Position numbers and translations under genes: made by a program. The notes under the pieces were generated by a model, which made no database searches, was not told the DNA's origin, and saw only the letters and a list, made by a program, of their open reading frames with translations. Shown piece by piece: positions 22,553 to 34,554 of a stretch of 64,000 nucleotides of DNA (positions within the stretch are counted from its first letter, which is position 1; every line of letters begins with the position of its first letter). The DNA is from Eukaryota sp. TZLM1-RC (Eukaryota; Protista; Metamonada: BaSk clade). The stretch lies in NCBI GenBank assembly GCA_040285825.1, contig JAUPSS010000011.1:620001-684000 (forward strand). Direction: 5' to 3'.

Positions 22553-23671
22553 ATGTGGATCTTCTTCCTACTCTGTTTAACGTTGTTGGTCTCTGCAGAC
22601 TCTTCTCTCCATGGTGTTATAGTTACCACTCGCCATGGAGATCGCTCACCCTTACGAACATATCCCCAACAATTTGCCACCTGGAACTGCACGATGAACT
22701 TGTTCTCTTCCCTTCATTTTGGAGAAAACTCTGTTCGATATCCTTATTTCCGAAAAAACTATGTTGCTGACAAACAAGCCCTGAGTGGTAGCTGCTTCCT
22801 CGGCCAGCTGACCAATAAAGGAGGGTTGCAACACTTTGACCTAGGTCGTCGTCTCCGTGAGCAATACAACTCAATTCTGCCCTCCATTCCTGATGAAACA
22901 ACCTATTTCAGATCCACTGATCTTCCTCGTACACAAGAAAGTCTTATCAGTAACATTTTAGGAACTTTCCCATCACTCCAGAGCAGCAGTCACGTACCTG
23001 ATATCAATATATTTGAAAGACCTCAGGAGACACTCTTAGCCAATGCTGGTGCCTGCCCAAGACTTAAAGCAAGATTGGATGATCTTTATAGTAGCAACGA
23101 ATGGGTTTCAAAAGAACAATCCCTTGAACATGTCAGAAGGAAGCTAGAAATTGCCTTGGGGGTTGAAGTGGTGACCTTAGACGACTGGAATAAAGGCTTT
23201 GATTATCTTTACACATTGGTGAACAATGCATTGCCTCTGCCTCGGCCAATTACTTACCAAGATTACCAAGAACTATTTGAGTTGAAATCTTGGCAGCTTT
23301 ATAGAATGTACTCTGAAGAATTTTTAACTTTATCTTTAGGAGTTTGGTTTAAGGAATTGAAAGACAGTATTCGAGAGGTTTTTGAAGGTAAGTCAATTGT
23401 AAAGTACAGAGTTTTCAGTGGTCATGACACAACTGTTATGCCTTTGCTTCAGGTATTAGACATCGCCAACCCTGAATGGCCTCCCTATGCAGCTAATGTT
23501 GCTCTTGAGTTGTGGTCGGTTGATGGCAAACCCACAATTCGAGCAGTTTACAATGGAGAACCAATTAAAATGAGGTATTGCTCTTCAGTAAATTGTCCTT
23601 TGCAAATGTTTGAAGAAAGAATAGGGCAATTCTCTGTCTCCAGGCAAGAATGGGAAACTCTTTGTATGTAG
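22553..23671 (+). CDS. Histidine acid phosphatase (secreted/lysosomal type)
   Basis: RHGDRSP, GQLT..G, FRST..RT, SGHDTT motifs. Signal peptide MWIFFLLCLTLLVSA starts at the ATG at 22553; the ORF-track start 22448 is a TTG. Confidence 0.9.
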   Translation: MWIFFLLCLTLLVSADSSLHGVIVTTRHGDRSPLRTYPQQFATWNCTMNLFSSLHFGENSVRYPYFRKNYVADKQALSGSCFLGQLTNKGGLQHFDLGRRLREQYNSILPSIPDETTYFRSTDLPRTQESLISNILGTFPSLQSSSHVPDINIFERPQETLLANAGACPRLKARLDDLYSSNEWVSKEQSLEHVRRKLEIALGVEVVTLDDWNKGFDYLYTLVNNALPLPRPITYQDYQELFELKSWQLYRMYSEEFLTLSLGVWFKELKDSIREVFEGKSIVKYRVFSGHDTTVMPLLQVLDIANPEWPPYAANVALELWSVDGKPTIRAVYNGEPIKMRYCSSVNCPLQMFEERIGQFSVSRQEWETLCM

Positions 23672-24479
23672 TTTTTTATTATAAAGTTGAAAATAAAGTT
23701 GACTTTTGTTTATTTTGATTTCTTGGAGCAAGAATTTCTGGGTTATTAGGGATCTGCAATGGGTTCAATTTTGAAAAGTGTGTTATCCAACTGAATATCG
23801 ATGTGAAATCACTCAGCTATAATCAAAGTACTTTTATCACCTTCAAAAGCTGCTGTTTTCAAAGTGTAGACGTTTTGCCAATTACCATCTTTGGAATCAG
23901 TATCTACAAATCAAACTTTCACCAAAGTCTCATCTGCTACTTTAGATATTGACTCAAACCTTGTCAAATATACTTCAATACAACTTCAGTGGTGAGACGC
24001 TGAATGGATAGTTGATGTTGTGAAGAAGCGAAGAAGCGTCATAATTGTTTATTGACTTGGTCTTTGGTTCTTACTAGCTGTGCGTGTGGTTGGCAGCAAA
24101 CGCAGCACGACCTGTCTTGAAACTTTTTCAAACAGTTTTTGTCTTCCTAGTCCTTTTCACAAAAATGAGTAGGAAGACATGACAATAATATTTGTGTTGA
24201 AACCATTGCTATTGCTACATTACCATCAAACAATTCATCAAAACCCGTCTCAATAACAATGCCAAATAAATTCTTGAAGACCCCAGCATTGATGGTACGT
24301 GTAGTAATAGCGCTTCTATTGATCCTACAACACAGTGATTTGGTTGTTCCTGGCTTAAATGGAAGCTTCACTATTTTAAATGCCATGTCTATTGACTCTT
24401 CAAGAGTCACTTCTTCTAATTCTTTCAATGAACATTTCATTAATTCTGATGACTTTTGCTGGCAAACACTGCAAGATTG

Positions 24480-24800
24480 CTGAACACGTGAAACCGATTT
24501 CTTTTGTTCTCAAAGCTTAAAACAATTTATGTTCCGTTGTTTTTTCTTTGCTCGGTTCTTTAGGTAACGTGGCTTTGGCATTCCTTGAAGTTCTCTGCAT
24601 AGTTGTAAAAGAAAGGACTGGAAGATTTTTCAATAGTGTTTACTGGCAAAACAGCATCACGTTTTCAATATATAACGGGATGGTGAAATTTATTTTTGAT
24701 TCACTTTCTACTTTTGGTAGATTTCCCAAATCTTAGGTAGTAAAAAAATTTCGAGTTCGAAAGACAGGTTTTGATGATGTGGAGCTCTAGTTGTGTATTT
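24480..24800 (+). pseudogene. Old diverged 3' relic of a CRE-like RLE element
   Basis: LGSLGNVALAFLE..RTGRFFNSVYWQNSITFSIY aligns with FGNIGPSGLHFLE..RSGNTMNSTFWLNRIVFCIF. Confidence 0.55.
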
Positions 24801-25596
24801 GATAATATGGTTCATATTCGTTGTGTATCGAATAATAGCAAAAGAAGGCCACGTTAACAAAACAAATGACTTCACTTAATTTTATTTCAATTCCTTGTCC
24901 CAACACTTATACCTTCTCTACTCCTTTTTTAAACATGTTTTCATCTTGAAAATATTGGTGTCTAAAACCAGGAAGTTTCAAGATCGAACGGACGATATAA
25001 CGACATCTGAAGTCTATGGTCAAAAGATTATCGAAACGTTAATCGAAAGTATCGGATACGATACTGCGGTTGTATGTTGATTTTTGAATAACAAAAGGAT
25101 GATTAAACAGAATAATTCTATATCTTCTATACCCAATTCAACCAAGAACAATTGACTGGAAGTTTTCCTTTCATGAAACGAACCCAGAAAAGAACAATAC
25201 AGATGATAATAAGACTATCACAACAAATTGATATGTAATATGATGTTCCGAATGTCATGAAGACATCCAATAGGAGTCATTATGACCTGAGATCACACAT
25301 TTTTATGGGTCAATGTCTCACTAACTTTGCTCATGTTAGTGTTGGTCTTCGTGCATTTGAGTTCATAAACTAAAATAAATAAAAGCACAGACGTTTATGC
25401 CAGAGTTAAGAAAATCAACTAAAAGGAAATAACAAAAACAAATTTAAACTACTGTTGCCTGTGGGCTAGAGTCAGACATATATGTGAACAGATAGTAATT
25501 TTATTACGACGAGAAATGAGCTATGGTGAATTTCAATACCATCACTAGTGAGGTCTCCATGAATAAACAATGAACATTAAGCTAATAAACAAGAAT

Positions 25597-25647
25597 AAAT
25601 AGATAAGTCTATCTACACTCTAGAATAGTGTAAAGACTAACACTACT
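25597..25647 (-). repeat. 3' LTR core (51-bp direct repeat)
   Basis: AAATAGATAAGTCTATCTACACTCTAGAATAGTGTAAAGACTAACACTACT, identical to 30947-30997. Confidence 0.85.
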
Positions 25648-28600
25648 TTTTCCCCTCCATTCGACGGTCTTTTCTAGCTCTTCTGCGAGGTTGTTTGCGA
25701 GTAGGTTGACTAGTTGGGGGTTGTGACTTATTAGTCTGGAGGAAGGCTCGGTAGGCCTTGGTGTTCTTAATGCGGTCGACAGGCTCAGTGCCTCGTACAT
25801 CTCCAGCGTATACGACTTGACACTCGTTGCCATCCTGGCTGAGAACTTCTAATAGAAGATGTTCCTCAGTATAACCTGAGGCCACGATACGATAAAACTC
25901 ATCATCAGTGGGTTTGTCAGAATGGTACAATTTGCATTGTGAAATGCTAGCCTTAGATTCGACACCTGTGATTAAATTCTTTAATAATAAAGTTGATTTA
26001 CTAGGTTTGTCGATGACCAGATATGGGCCCAGATAATTCCCATGTAATTTGGAGTTACTAGATGATTTGAGGATTAAACATCCAACTTCGAATAGCAGGT
26101 TACTCGTGCTTGGCTTCTCCTCTGGCGATTTCGATGTTTGGGTGATTTCTGCTTTTTCTCCTTTTTCTTTTAGTCGATTAAATTTAGATTGGATATCCAG
26201 AATGAAAGGAACCTCAGTGGTAGCCTTTTCGATGGTGGAAAAAATTGATAAAGGGTCAGCTCTGGGACTGACGTCTGACCCAAACATAAGCTCGAATGGA
26301 CTGAAACCTGTGACAGAGCTCTTAGACGAATTCGTTAAGAGTTGTACGTAAGGCATGTATTCTGACCAGTTGTCATAGGCGTTAAAATCGATTAGGAGCT
26401 TCCTAAGATTTTGTAAAATAACTCCATGACGTCGTTCAACTAGGCCATTTGATTGACTGAAATTTGGAATACTGTTCGTCATGTTGATAGACAGGAATTC
26501 GCACAGTAATTTAAACACGTTGTTGGCGAATTCTGGGCCGTTGTCACTGTGAATGCTGTAAGGTATACCAAAGATTGTGCACACACTCCAAATCAAAGCG
26601 TCGGCTGTCAGCCTTGCGTTTAATTCTTTGAGGGGCACGAGGACTGTATACCGAGTGAAACTGTCCACGAAAACTAAGATGTATTTATTGGCCTCTTGAT
26701 CTGGAGGAAGAGGACCAATGGTATCCACGTTCAATCTCGCGAAGGGTTTGTCAGCCCAGAGAGATCCGGTGGAAGGAGTGATAGATTTGGGGACAGGTGC
26801 CGTTTTCTGACATAATGGACAAGAACGCACGTGGTTCTTCATATCATCAGTCATACTGGGCCAGTAGTAGTCGCTAGAGGATAGCCTGCGTAAACTCTCA
26901 GACATACTAGGATGACCGCTTGATACATAACCATGTATGATCAAGAGCGTGTTGTTGATGAGTGATGACGGGATGATGATCTTGCCTGATTCGTTAACGT
27001 AGAGGTCAAGATGATTGACGGAACAGTTATTAAATGAACGTTCGTGAGCTGCAACAGCTTGTCTTTGCTCTGAACGGATTCTACTCAACCAAGGATCGAA
27101 CATGGGGGTTGCAGATGCACATTTCTCTTTTAGAATGAGGATTTTGTGGGTATCCCGAAGGTCGTCTGGGTCTGGAAGAGCAGAGTCGTCTGATGGATCA
27201 TAGTTTCTGATATAATAGATTGGGTGAAACGGTTCATAGGTGGTCTCGCTCGCTGATGAACGAGTATTGCCTGTGTTGATTGTGTTTATGCGTACAGGAT
27301 CGGTCGTTGGGACCTGTCTGGATAGCATGTCTGCCCAGTAGTTGTCTTCCCCCGAGGTGTGTACCAACTCGAAGTCGAACTCACTGAGTATTGGTAACCA
27401 ACGTGTGACAATTCGATTCTTATCAGGGGCTGTTACCAGATATGAGAGCAATGTCCATTGGATCTGGATCCATTGCTGGACAAGGATCCATTGCTATTGT
27501 GATCTGTGAATATCGTGAGCTTCCTGCTTTTGAGGTAACTCTCGATGCATGATTTTGTTAGGATGAGAAGTATAGCGTAAAGCTCTTTCTGCATCGTTGA
27601 CCAATTCTTTTGGGAATTGGAGAGAATCCTGCTAAAGAAACTGATAGGTCTGACCTTAGGGTCAATGAGAGGAGTGCCATTGTGTTCACAAGGATCATAT
27701 TCTTCCCAAATGACGCCGCCAATAGCAATGTCTGATGCGTCACAACTGATAGGGACACAGTTATCTGCTGGGGGTAAACTCAATGGCATATTCTCCTTTA
27801 CGAGTTGCTTGATCTTGTTGAAGCGAAGTTCATGATCTCAGGTCCACTCGATACGGCGGTGGTTTCCTCTAATAAGCTCGATGATAGGAGATAAGATTTC
27901 GGATACCGAAGGTAGCCAGTTTCTAATGTAGTTGATGGATCCTACAAAACTTCTGACGTCATTCACTGTCTTGGGAGCTGGAAGCTCGACTTGTCCAGTT
28001 AGTCGTGAGGGATCGATTTGGTGTGTACCGTTGACGAAGATACTACCAAGAATCTTGATTTCATGATCTTTAGACTTGAAATGGCATTTTGGTAGGCCAA
28101 GGCTGACCCGCTTCTCTTTAGCGCGGAAGAGGACGGCTTTGAGCCTGTCGATGAATTGAGGAAGGGTATTACCTATGATAATGATTTCGTCGATGTAGAT
28201 AAACACGCCTTCGATGCTAAAGATGTTGGACATTACATTTTGAAACACTGCCGGGACGTTCTTGAGACCGAAACATGCCCTGTTGAAGCTGATACTGCGA
28301 CCAGGAATGCTGAGGGTGGTTTTCTCGATGTCTCTTTCGTTGATCTTGAGCTGCCAATATGCTTTTGGGAGATCAAGTGTTCCAATGTAATTGGCTTGAG
28401 ATAAGAACTCTAATACATCAGAGATCTTGATTGGAGCAATGGAGATAGTGTTTGCATTGACTCCATTCGGACCACTGAAGTCGCCTGTAAGACGTGGTTT
28501 CCGATGATCAGGATAAACTACAAGAACGACTGGGGAGCTGAATCTACCGTTGGATTCTGTGGCGAAACCAGATTCGATTAACTCATCGAATATTTGGTTG

Positions 28601-29400
28601 GCGATTTTGAGTCGTTCAGGGTTTAACCTGCGAGGTGGACGATAAACAACAGTGTCTTCATCGTAGAAATCGATGTCCATGGGGTTACAGTCGATGCCGT
28701 CTTCATGGGGTTTCAACGTGAAAACATCTTTGAACTCTTCAAGAGTTGCGAGGAGCTGTTGATTTTCTGATTGATTGTTGAGCTTTATTTGACAACCTGA
28801 CGAGTTGACGTGATCTTCGAATGTTTTTGACACCTTGAGGTCAGATATCTGTGAAATTCTGTGGTCAAACTCAGATTCAGGTAACATTAGTGTTCTGTGA
28901 AGCTCATCGAGATGAATGTGTACCCTGTCGTTGTTCATGAGGCTGAGTTCATATAGGATGTATATTCCTATAATTAGAGTGTTGTTGCCTGGAACGATTG
29001 GTAAGGATTTGGTAAGATGCACAACTTTGGCAATGCTACCGACGTTGAAGGATAGGATTCCTTTGGTATTGTAGTCAGAGTTTGATGGTTCTTTGTTAAC
29101 ACCAATGAATTTGAAAGATTCAGTGCAGTGTTCCATCTTGCATTTTGTAGATAGGTCTTTCGAGATGACGGATATGGATGCTCCGCTATCAATAAGGCCA
29201 GATACCTTTATGTTATTAATCTGCAACCAGAGTTCAATAAACGTGGGACAATTAATAGATTTATTGGCACAAACAGAAGACAAACTAAAAATTCTATTGG
29301 TATGCGAAGATTCAGGGTCACATGTGCTCAAAGGATTTAAGAGGCGTTTGGGAGGAGAATGCGACGATGTCAAAAAACGATTGTTTGAGAGAGTCGGTAG
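25643..29400 (-). pseudogene. pol: Gypsy pol (protease, RT, RNase H, integrase, chromo-like tail) with stop/frameshift
   Basis: LIDSGAS; LDLPKAYWQ, FGLKNVP, YIDE (YxDD altered); CDASDIAIGG; H..GH..CPLC, VDTIGP, SDNGPEF, NGLVER. Confidence 0.88.
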
Positions 29401-30780
29401 TATGATCTGAAGATGGATTGACGTTGGTAGATTGTGGATTCTTGATGTTAATTGTATTGATCCTGTAACTACGAGAACGTTTACTATCACTACTACTATA
29501 ACTATCCAAACTACGGCGCTTATTCTTAGGAATTGCAGATCTCTTGCAATGTGGATGTAGGCATTCCTTGACAGAATGACCTGGCTCTTTGCAAAATCCA
29601 TAGATGTCAGAAGGGGACGCAGCAGATTTATCGTCTTTGGCAGAGCGTTTCTTTAGATTTTTGACTCTGCGTCTGAGCTGCTCCTTGTTGGTCGATACTT
29701 GTTCGACATAATCGTAAATGTCGATAAGCTTTTGGTCTTGGGGATGGGGTCTCCCACCGAACATAGGACCTTGAGCTCCTGGACCAGTGAAGTTTCTGAC
29801 GGATTTCCGAGCTCGCTTTTGTTCCTCGAAGGTTCTGGTATTACACCAGTTGTTATAAAACTTAGAGAGAACATCGATGAAATCACTTAGACGGCGTTTA
29901 ACGTAAAAAGAAGAGTACGTCCAAGGATTGAAGAGCTCGTTGAAGAGAGGGTCAATTCCGAGGTTGTCGAGAATAGAGAACGCAATGTCCCATTCTTCGA
30001 GCTTGATTACCTCTTGATGGGGTTGGAAGCGATCGATAGCTAGTGTATCTCTCATCCCCATTGATTGATTGACGACAAAGCCGACCTGCGATATATATTT
30101 AATCCATCTACTCTGGTAATTGGAGATATTCCAATCCATTTTGACTTGGGATAATGTGAGTTTGGCAGTGGCCAGATTTGGAAACTGGGAAGCGAAGAGA
30201 ATGTTCTCCCACAGTTCTTCATCGTTGATATGATGGAGATGGAGACCGGGCCTTGTACCATCTGCAGCCTCGGCAAGGGTAGATATGACATCGGTGTCAA
30301 CGCAAGAGCTGATGCCAGCTGGATTGATTTCAACGCCAGCTCTGAAAATGTCCCACTTGTGGGCTGGCTCATCGTATCGTTGATTTAACGAAATGTAGTT
30401 GGGAAGATGAGTAGCGCGGAGAGTACAGGCTCTGTGAGCTACTGTAAGTTGTGTGAGACGTGCAATTTCATTAGTTAGAGCGACTTCGCGAGGGTTGTTG
30501 GGGTCACATTTGAAATCTTGAGAAATTCTATCATTGTACGCCGAAGAGATGAAGTCATTAATAAATGCAATGACCTTGCCAGTACTGGTAATCGTGTCCT
30601 TCTTGAGACGAGGGCGATTACGATCTTATTGAAGTTTCTTGGCTCGGTCGTCATAGAAACTACGAGACGCTTTGGACATAGCCGCAAGAACAGCGTTAGT
30701 GGTAGTAGTGGCGTTTTGAGGAGGGAGACTAGCACCATAGACTGTTTTTCCGCAGTCTGATACTTTAGTCTAGCGCATCC
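29318..30780 (-). pseudogene. gag: Gypsy gag-like region, frameshifted
   Basis: Upstream of pol; degenerate zinc knuckle YGFCKEPGHSVKEC. Confidence 0.6.
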
Positions 30781-30946
30781 TGTCTACTTGTTCCATGGGT
30801 TTATCATATCGAGTGTGACTTGGAACACCATCAAAAGTAGGATCGACTTCTTGTCCATCTCTGGTGATTTTAGGGAAACAGCGAGAGGGGCTGTCCCTGA
30901 TTTTGGTGGTGGACTGTGATGTTTTAGGAATGTTAAGCGAGGAATG

Positions 30947-30997
30947 AAATAGATAAGTCTATCTACACTCTAGAATAGTGTAAAGACTAACACTACT
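30947..30997 (-). repeat. 5' LTR core (51-bp direct repeat)
   Basis: Identical to 25597-25647. Confidence 0.85.
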
Positions 30998-31149
30998 GAT
31001 GATGTGATACTTTCCTAATCTGGAGGGTCACCTTTAGCCAAGGCTAACATATAAAGGGATACCATTGAAACTGTTGATTAAGTACAACCTTATCAGCCAT
31101 GTACTATATTGAAAGTGAATAATATCAATTGTTACTAATTATTGATGCA

Positions 31150-33848
31150 ATACGCTACTAATTTATCAGCCAAAAAATGTCATTAAAAAATCCCATTAAC
31201 AACTCATCTATTTATCTCTTAAACAATCAAGGACCATGACATGCGTAATTTGCTTTTTAAGTGTGTTCACAATAGCCACTTAGCTACTGTCAGAGGAACA
31301 TCCTTCCTTAAATATTTTTTACTGTGCAGGAAGTTAGAGCTTGATTTTATGAATGGTTGTGATTACTATGCATTTCAAATTGAAGAAACAATTTCCCCAA
31401 TCGAAATTCCAAATTCAATGCATGAATACGACTATGATGCCTTTTCTATTTTAATGATTTCTCAATTCAATAACCCGATTTAAGCTCCATAATTTTCAAA
31501 GAATCAATTGAATTAGTTGCAAGGAGGAAGTATGTTGTAAAACCAAATAACGAAAAGATTCCAGATTTGTAACTATCAAAGATTGAAGCTAAAAAAGTAA
31601 ATAAAGATATGGATATTTCGAATTGCACTCTGAAACAGAAAATCAGTTATAATTTATTGAATTATTATATCCACTTTTACAAAATCTTGATACTGAGCTT
31701 GGTCAAAGAAGGATCAATTTCCAGATAATACATCAATGAATCGAGTTTCACACTATACGGCCAAACAACTTGCCATTAATTATGGAAATAATCTCCGCAA
31801 ACACTTTCATCGATACGTTTTGCGTTGGCTAAACATTATCACCTTGAAGTAGTTCAGACTAGAACAAATTCAGGAAAATCATTTGAGAAAGAATTATTGA
31901 CTAAACTCAAAAAAGTCAGGTGAAGCCATTATCCGTATGAACTTTGATGAACTTCCTATCAATGGTCACATTGTTTTTCCCTTTCCCCAGTCAGAGTTGA
32001 CTTCGAAGTTTTTTGCTTATGTGAAACATTGCTGAATTCCAACTTTTATTTAATGTAAAAATCTTTATTATACTCAATAAGCCAAGCCACTGAATTTTCT
32101 CTCTCATGCTATAGTTGTTAACAGAACCATTCAATCATTCTGTTCCCAGGATGGCAAACCTTTGTCAGTCAGTAATCCTTTTGCATTGACAACTACATTG
32201 ATTCCACAGAATATAAGACTTGATACTCATTGGGTCAATGAAAGATTGGGCAATTTCAAAGGGAGAGCAAATGACATAAGGTCATCAGTTTTTACCGAAA
32301 TGCTAACTGATAAGGCATTAGATTCTTACAAACGTGAGACTAAAGGTTGCTCTCAATTGTAACAGACAGGATTGCTTGTTCAGTCGTCTTAATTCGTAAA
32401 GACCAGGTTGATGAAAATGGAAATGTTTTCAAAAATTTTACTTCCAAGACGTTAGCGCACCCAGAGCGATGCATACATTCCTTGTCTGAAAATGTCGAAA
32501 AGGTGAAGTTAAAAGATAAAAGAATAGTTGCCATTGACCCTAACGAGTACGATTTAATGCACTGTGTTTCTCCAAATCCTACTGTAACTATTACCCCAGA
32601 ACAAATTTCACAAAATGTGTTTTATAAAAAAGGACAACTTCCAGAAATTAGAAGCAAAAAACACAAATGCATTAAAAGAAGAAAAAAACAATTACAAAAT
32701 CTATAAACCTATTCAAACTCTGACTCTGATTATGTACGGCTGAAACTCAAACACTGGAGGAACACGTTCAAATATACTGCCGGTGAACACCAATTTGACA
32801 GAAAAAGTACCAAATATCGTTCAACGGAAAAAAGGAAAAAAGAAAATTGGAAAGTACAATTACCTCATGGTGATTACTCAAGTCAGGATATTGGAAATCA
32901 ATTTTCTTTATTTGTATCAAACAGACAACAAAAATCTTGTTTCAGTCAACATTTTGGTCATTACATCAAGGAATTTGAGCAATGCAATGTTCATAAATAT
33001 ACTTTTTACCAAGATATATGGTTCAGAAAAAGAAAATTTCAAACGTATTCGAATAATCAAAGAAGTGAAAAAAACATGTTGAAAAGATTCAAATTGACCT
33101 TTGGCTCCCCTGAAAACGTAGTTACTGGTTATGGTGACTGGAGCTCGAAAGAAAAAACAAGGAAGGGAAAAAAGACAACCATAAGAGGAACCGAAATTCG
33201 CAAACTATTAAGAAGATTTGGTCATCGAATTTTCCTAGTTGATGAATATAGAACGAGTATATCTTGTCCTAGTTGTGCTGCCAAGGGAAATTTTGGAGAA
33301 TGTGTCAATGATTCTTGTATTAAAGTGTTAGGTCCTAAGTGCAAACGACAACTAAAAAGAAAAGCAAACAGTTAAAACAAGAAATTGATTTATTTAATCA
33401 AAACAATCCTACTAGAAAAAGAGATTTTCAACAAGAATGGGGTGAGCAGAAGGATTCACTAGAAGAAAAAGCAAAATCCACATCGTGGGGTTTAGTGAAG
33501 TGTCAGACGTGCAACACGTATTGGAATAGAGACTTCAACTGTGCCATAAATAAATATTCCATTATAACATCTGCAATCAACGGTAAAGGTAGACCAAAAA
33601 CTCAAACAAAAAATTTCGAAAATGGATCATCTACTTCACAGAGAGATCAGAAAAAGAAGACTGCTGAGAAGGACAAAAAACCGAAAAGATTTGGTAAATG
33701 TCGCGGAAAAGGCCACAACAGAAGAAACTGTCCATCGCAAGTTCCTGAAACTAGCATATCCTCATCGGGCACTAAAAGAAGACAAGGAGGAACTAAAAAG
33801 AGAGTAATCAAGACGATCTCTGTAGAAGAAAAAATCAGTCCATCTTAA
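31150..33848 (+). pseudogene. Full-length decayed Fanzor (family C) with C-terminal zinc-knuckle extension; stop is 3 nt before the next host ATG
   Basis: N-terminal ..HLATVRGTSFLKYFLL; RuvC-I IVAIDPN; GYGDWS..LVDEYRTSISCPSC; WGLVKCQTC..WNRDFNCAIN..GKGRP; tail FGKCRGKGHNRRNC. TAA at 33846-33848. Confidence 0.82.
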
Positions 33849-33851
33849 TCG

Positions 33852-34491
33852 ATGTGGCAGCTCAATTGTGTCAGGAGTTGTAATGAAGAATGGATTTCCA
33901 ATGTAGGTTTGGTGAATGCATATGGATTTGGACTCACAGTATTTATCTCTCTTCAAGCAAATGCATATTTTTCGCTCCTTCCAGTCTCTTTCTCTTCAAA
34001 GGCAACAGAAGTTCTTATGTTTGTGGGTGTGGTCCTCTTTTTTTGTGGTCATACCATTTTTTATATTCTTCCCTCGTTTCTTAAGTATAGATGACGACGT
34101 AGTACCACTTGTGTCAATTGGCATGGTTTCCGCTGGAGTGACTTGCCTCTTGTCTGCTATTTTTTCATCTAAACCCCAACACTCCTTACTTTGCTTTGTT
34201 TTTGTTTCAATCACATCTGTTTTACATGGTTTTGTCACTCTTGTTGTTTATGGCTTGACAAAATCATTTCATCTTCGCTGCCGAGACGACCCTGATACAT
34301 GTTCAGACTCTCGCTTTCTCATCACTTTCTTCATAGCTAGTGCAATGTATAGCTTTCTATTAGTCCCTCCTCTCTTCATTTCGACTTCAATACATATATC
34401 AACAATGCCACTACCACCATGGGAGCTCGCTGATGCTAAGCTTGATGCAAAAATAGAACAATGTGAGGAAAGTTCACATAATTTTGATTAA
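33852..34491 (+). CDS. Small multi-pass membrane protein (one probable homopolymer frameshift at ~34040)
   Basis: ORF 33852-34094 joins ORF 33916-34491 into ..GVVLFFVVIPFF.. if one T is removed from the T-run at 34038-34044, giving a coherent multi-TM protein. Confidence 0.6.
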
Positions 34492-34554
34492 AAAAATCTT
34501 TTTAAATAATTTATTTACAAATAATAATTTTCAACAATAAATAAAACAATAAAA

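Larger units (their letters stand above)
25597..30997 (-). mobile_element. Ty3/Gypsy LTR retrotransposon, degenerate
   Basis: Order gag(CCHC)-PR-RT-RNaseH-IN; 51-bp identical terminal direct repeats; polypurine tract GGAGGGGAAAA immediately before the 3' repeat. Confidence 0.9.
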
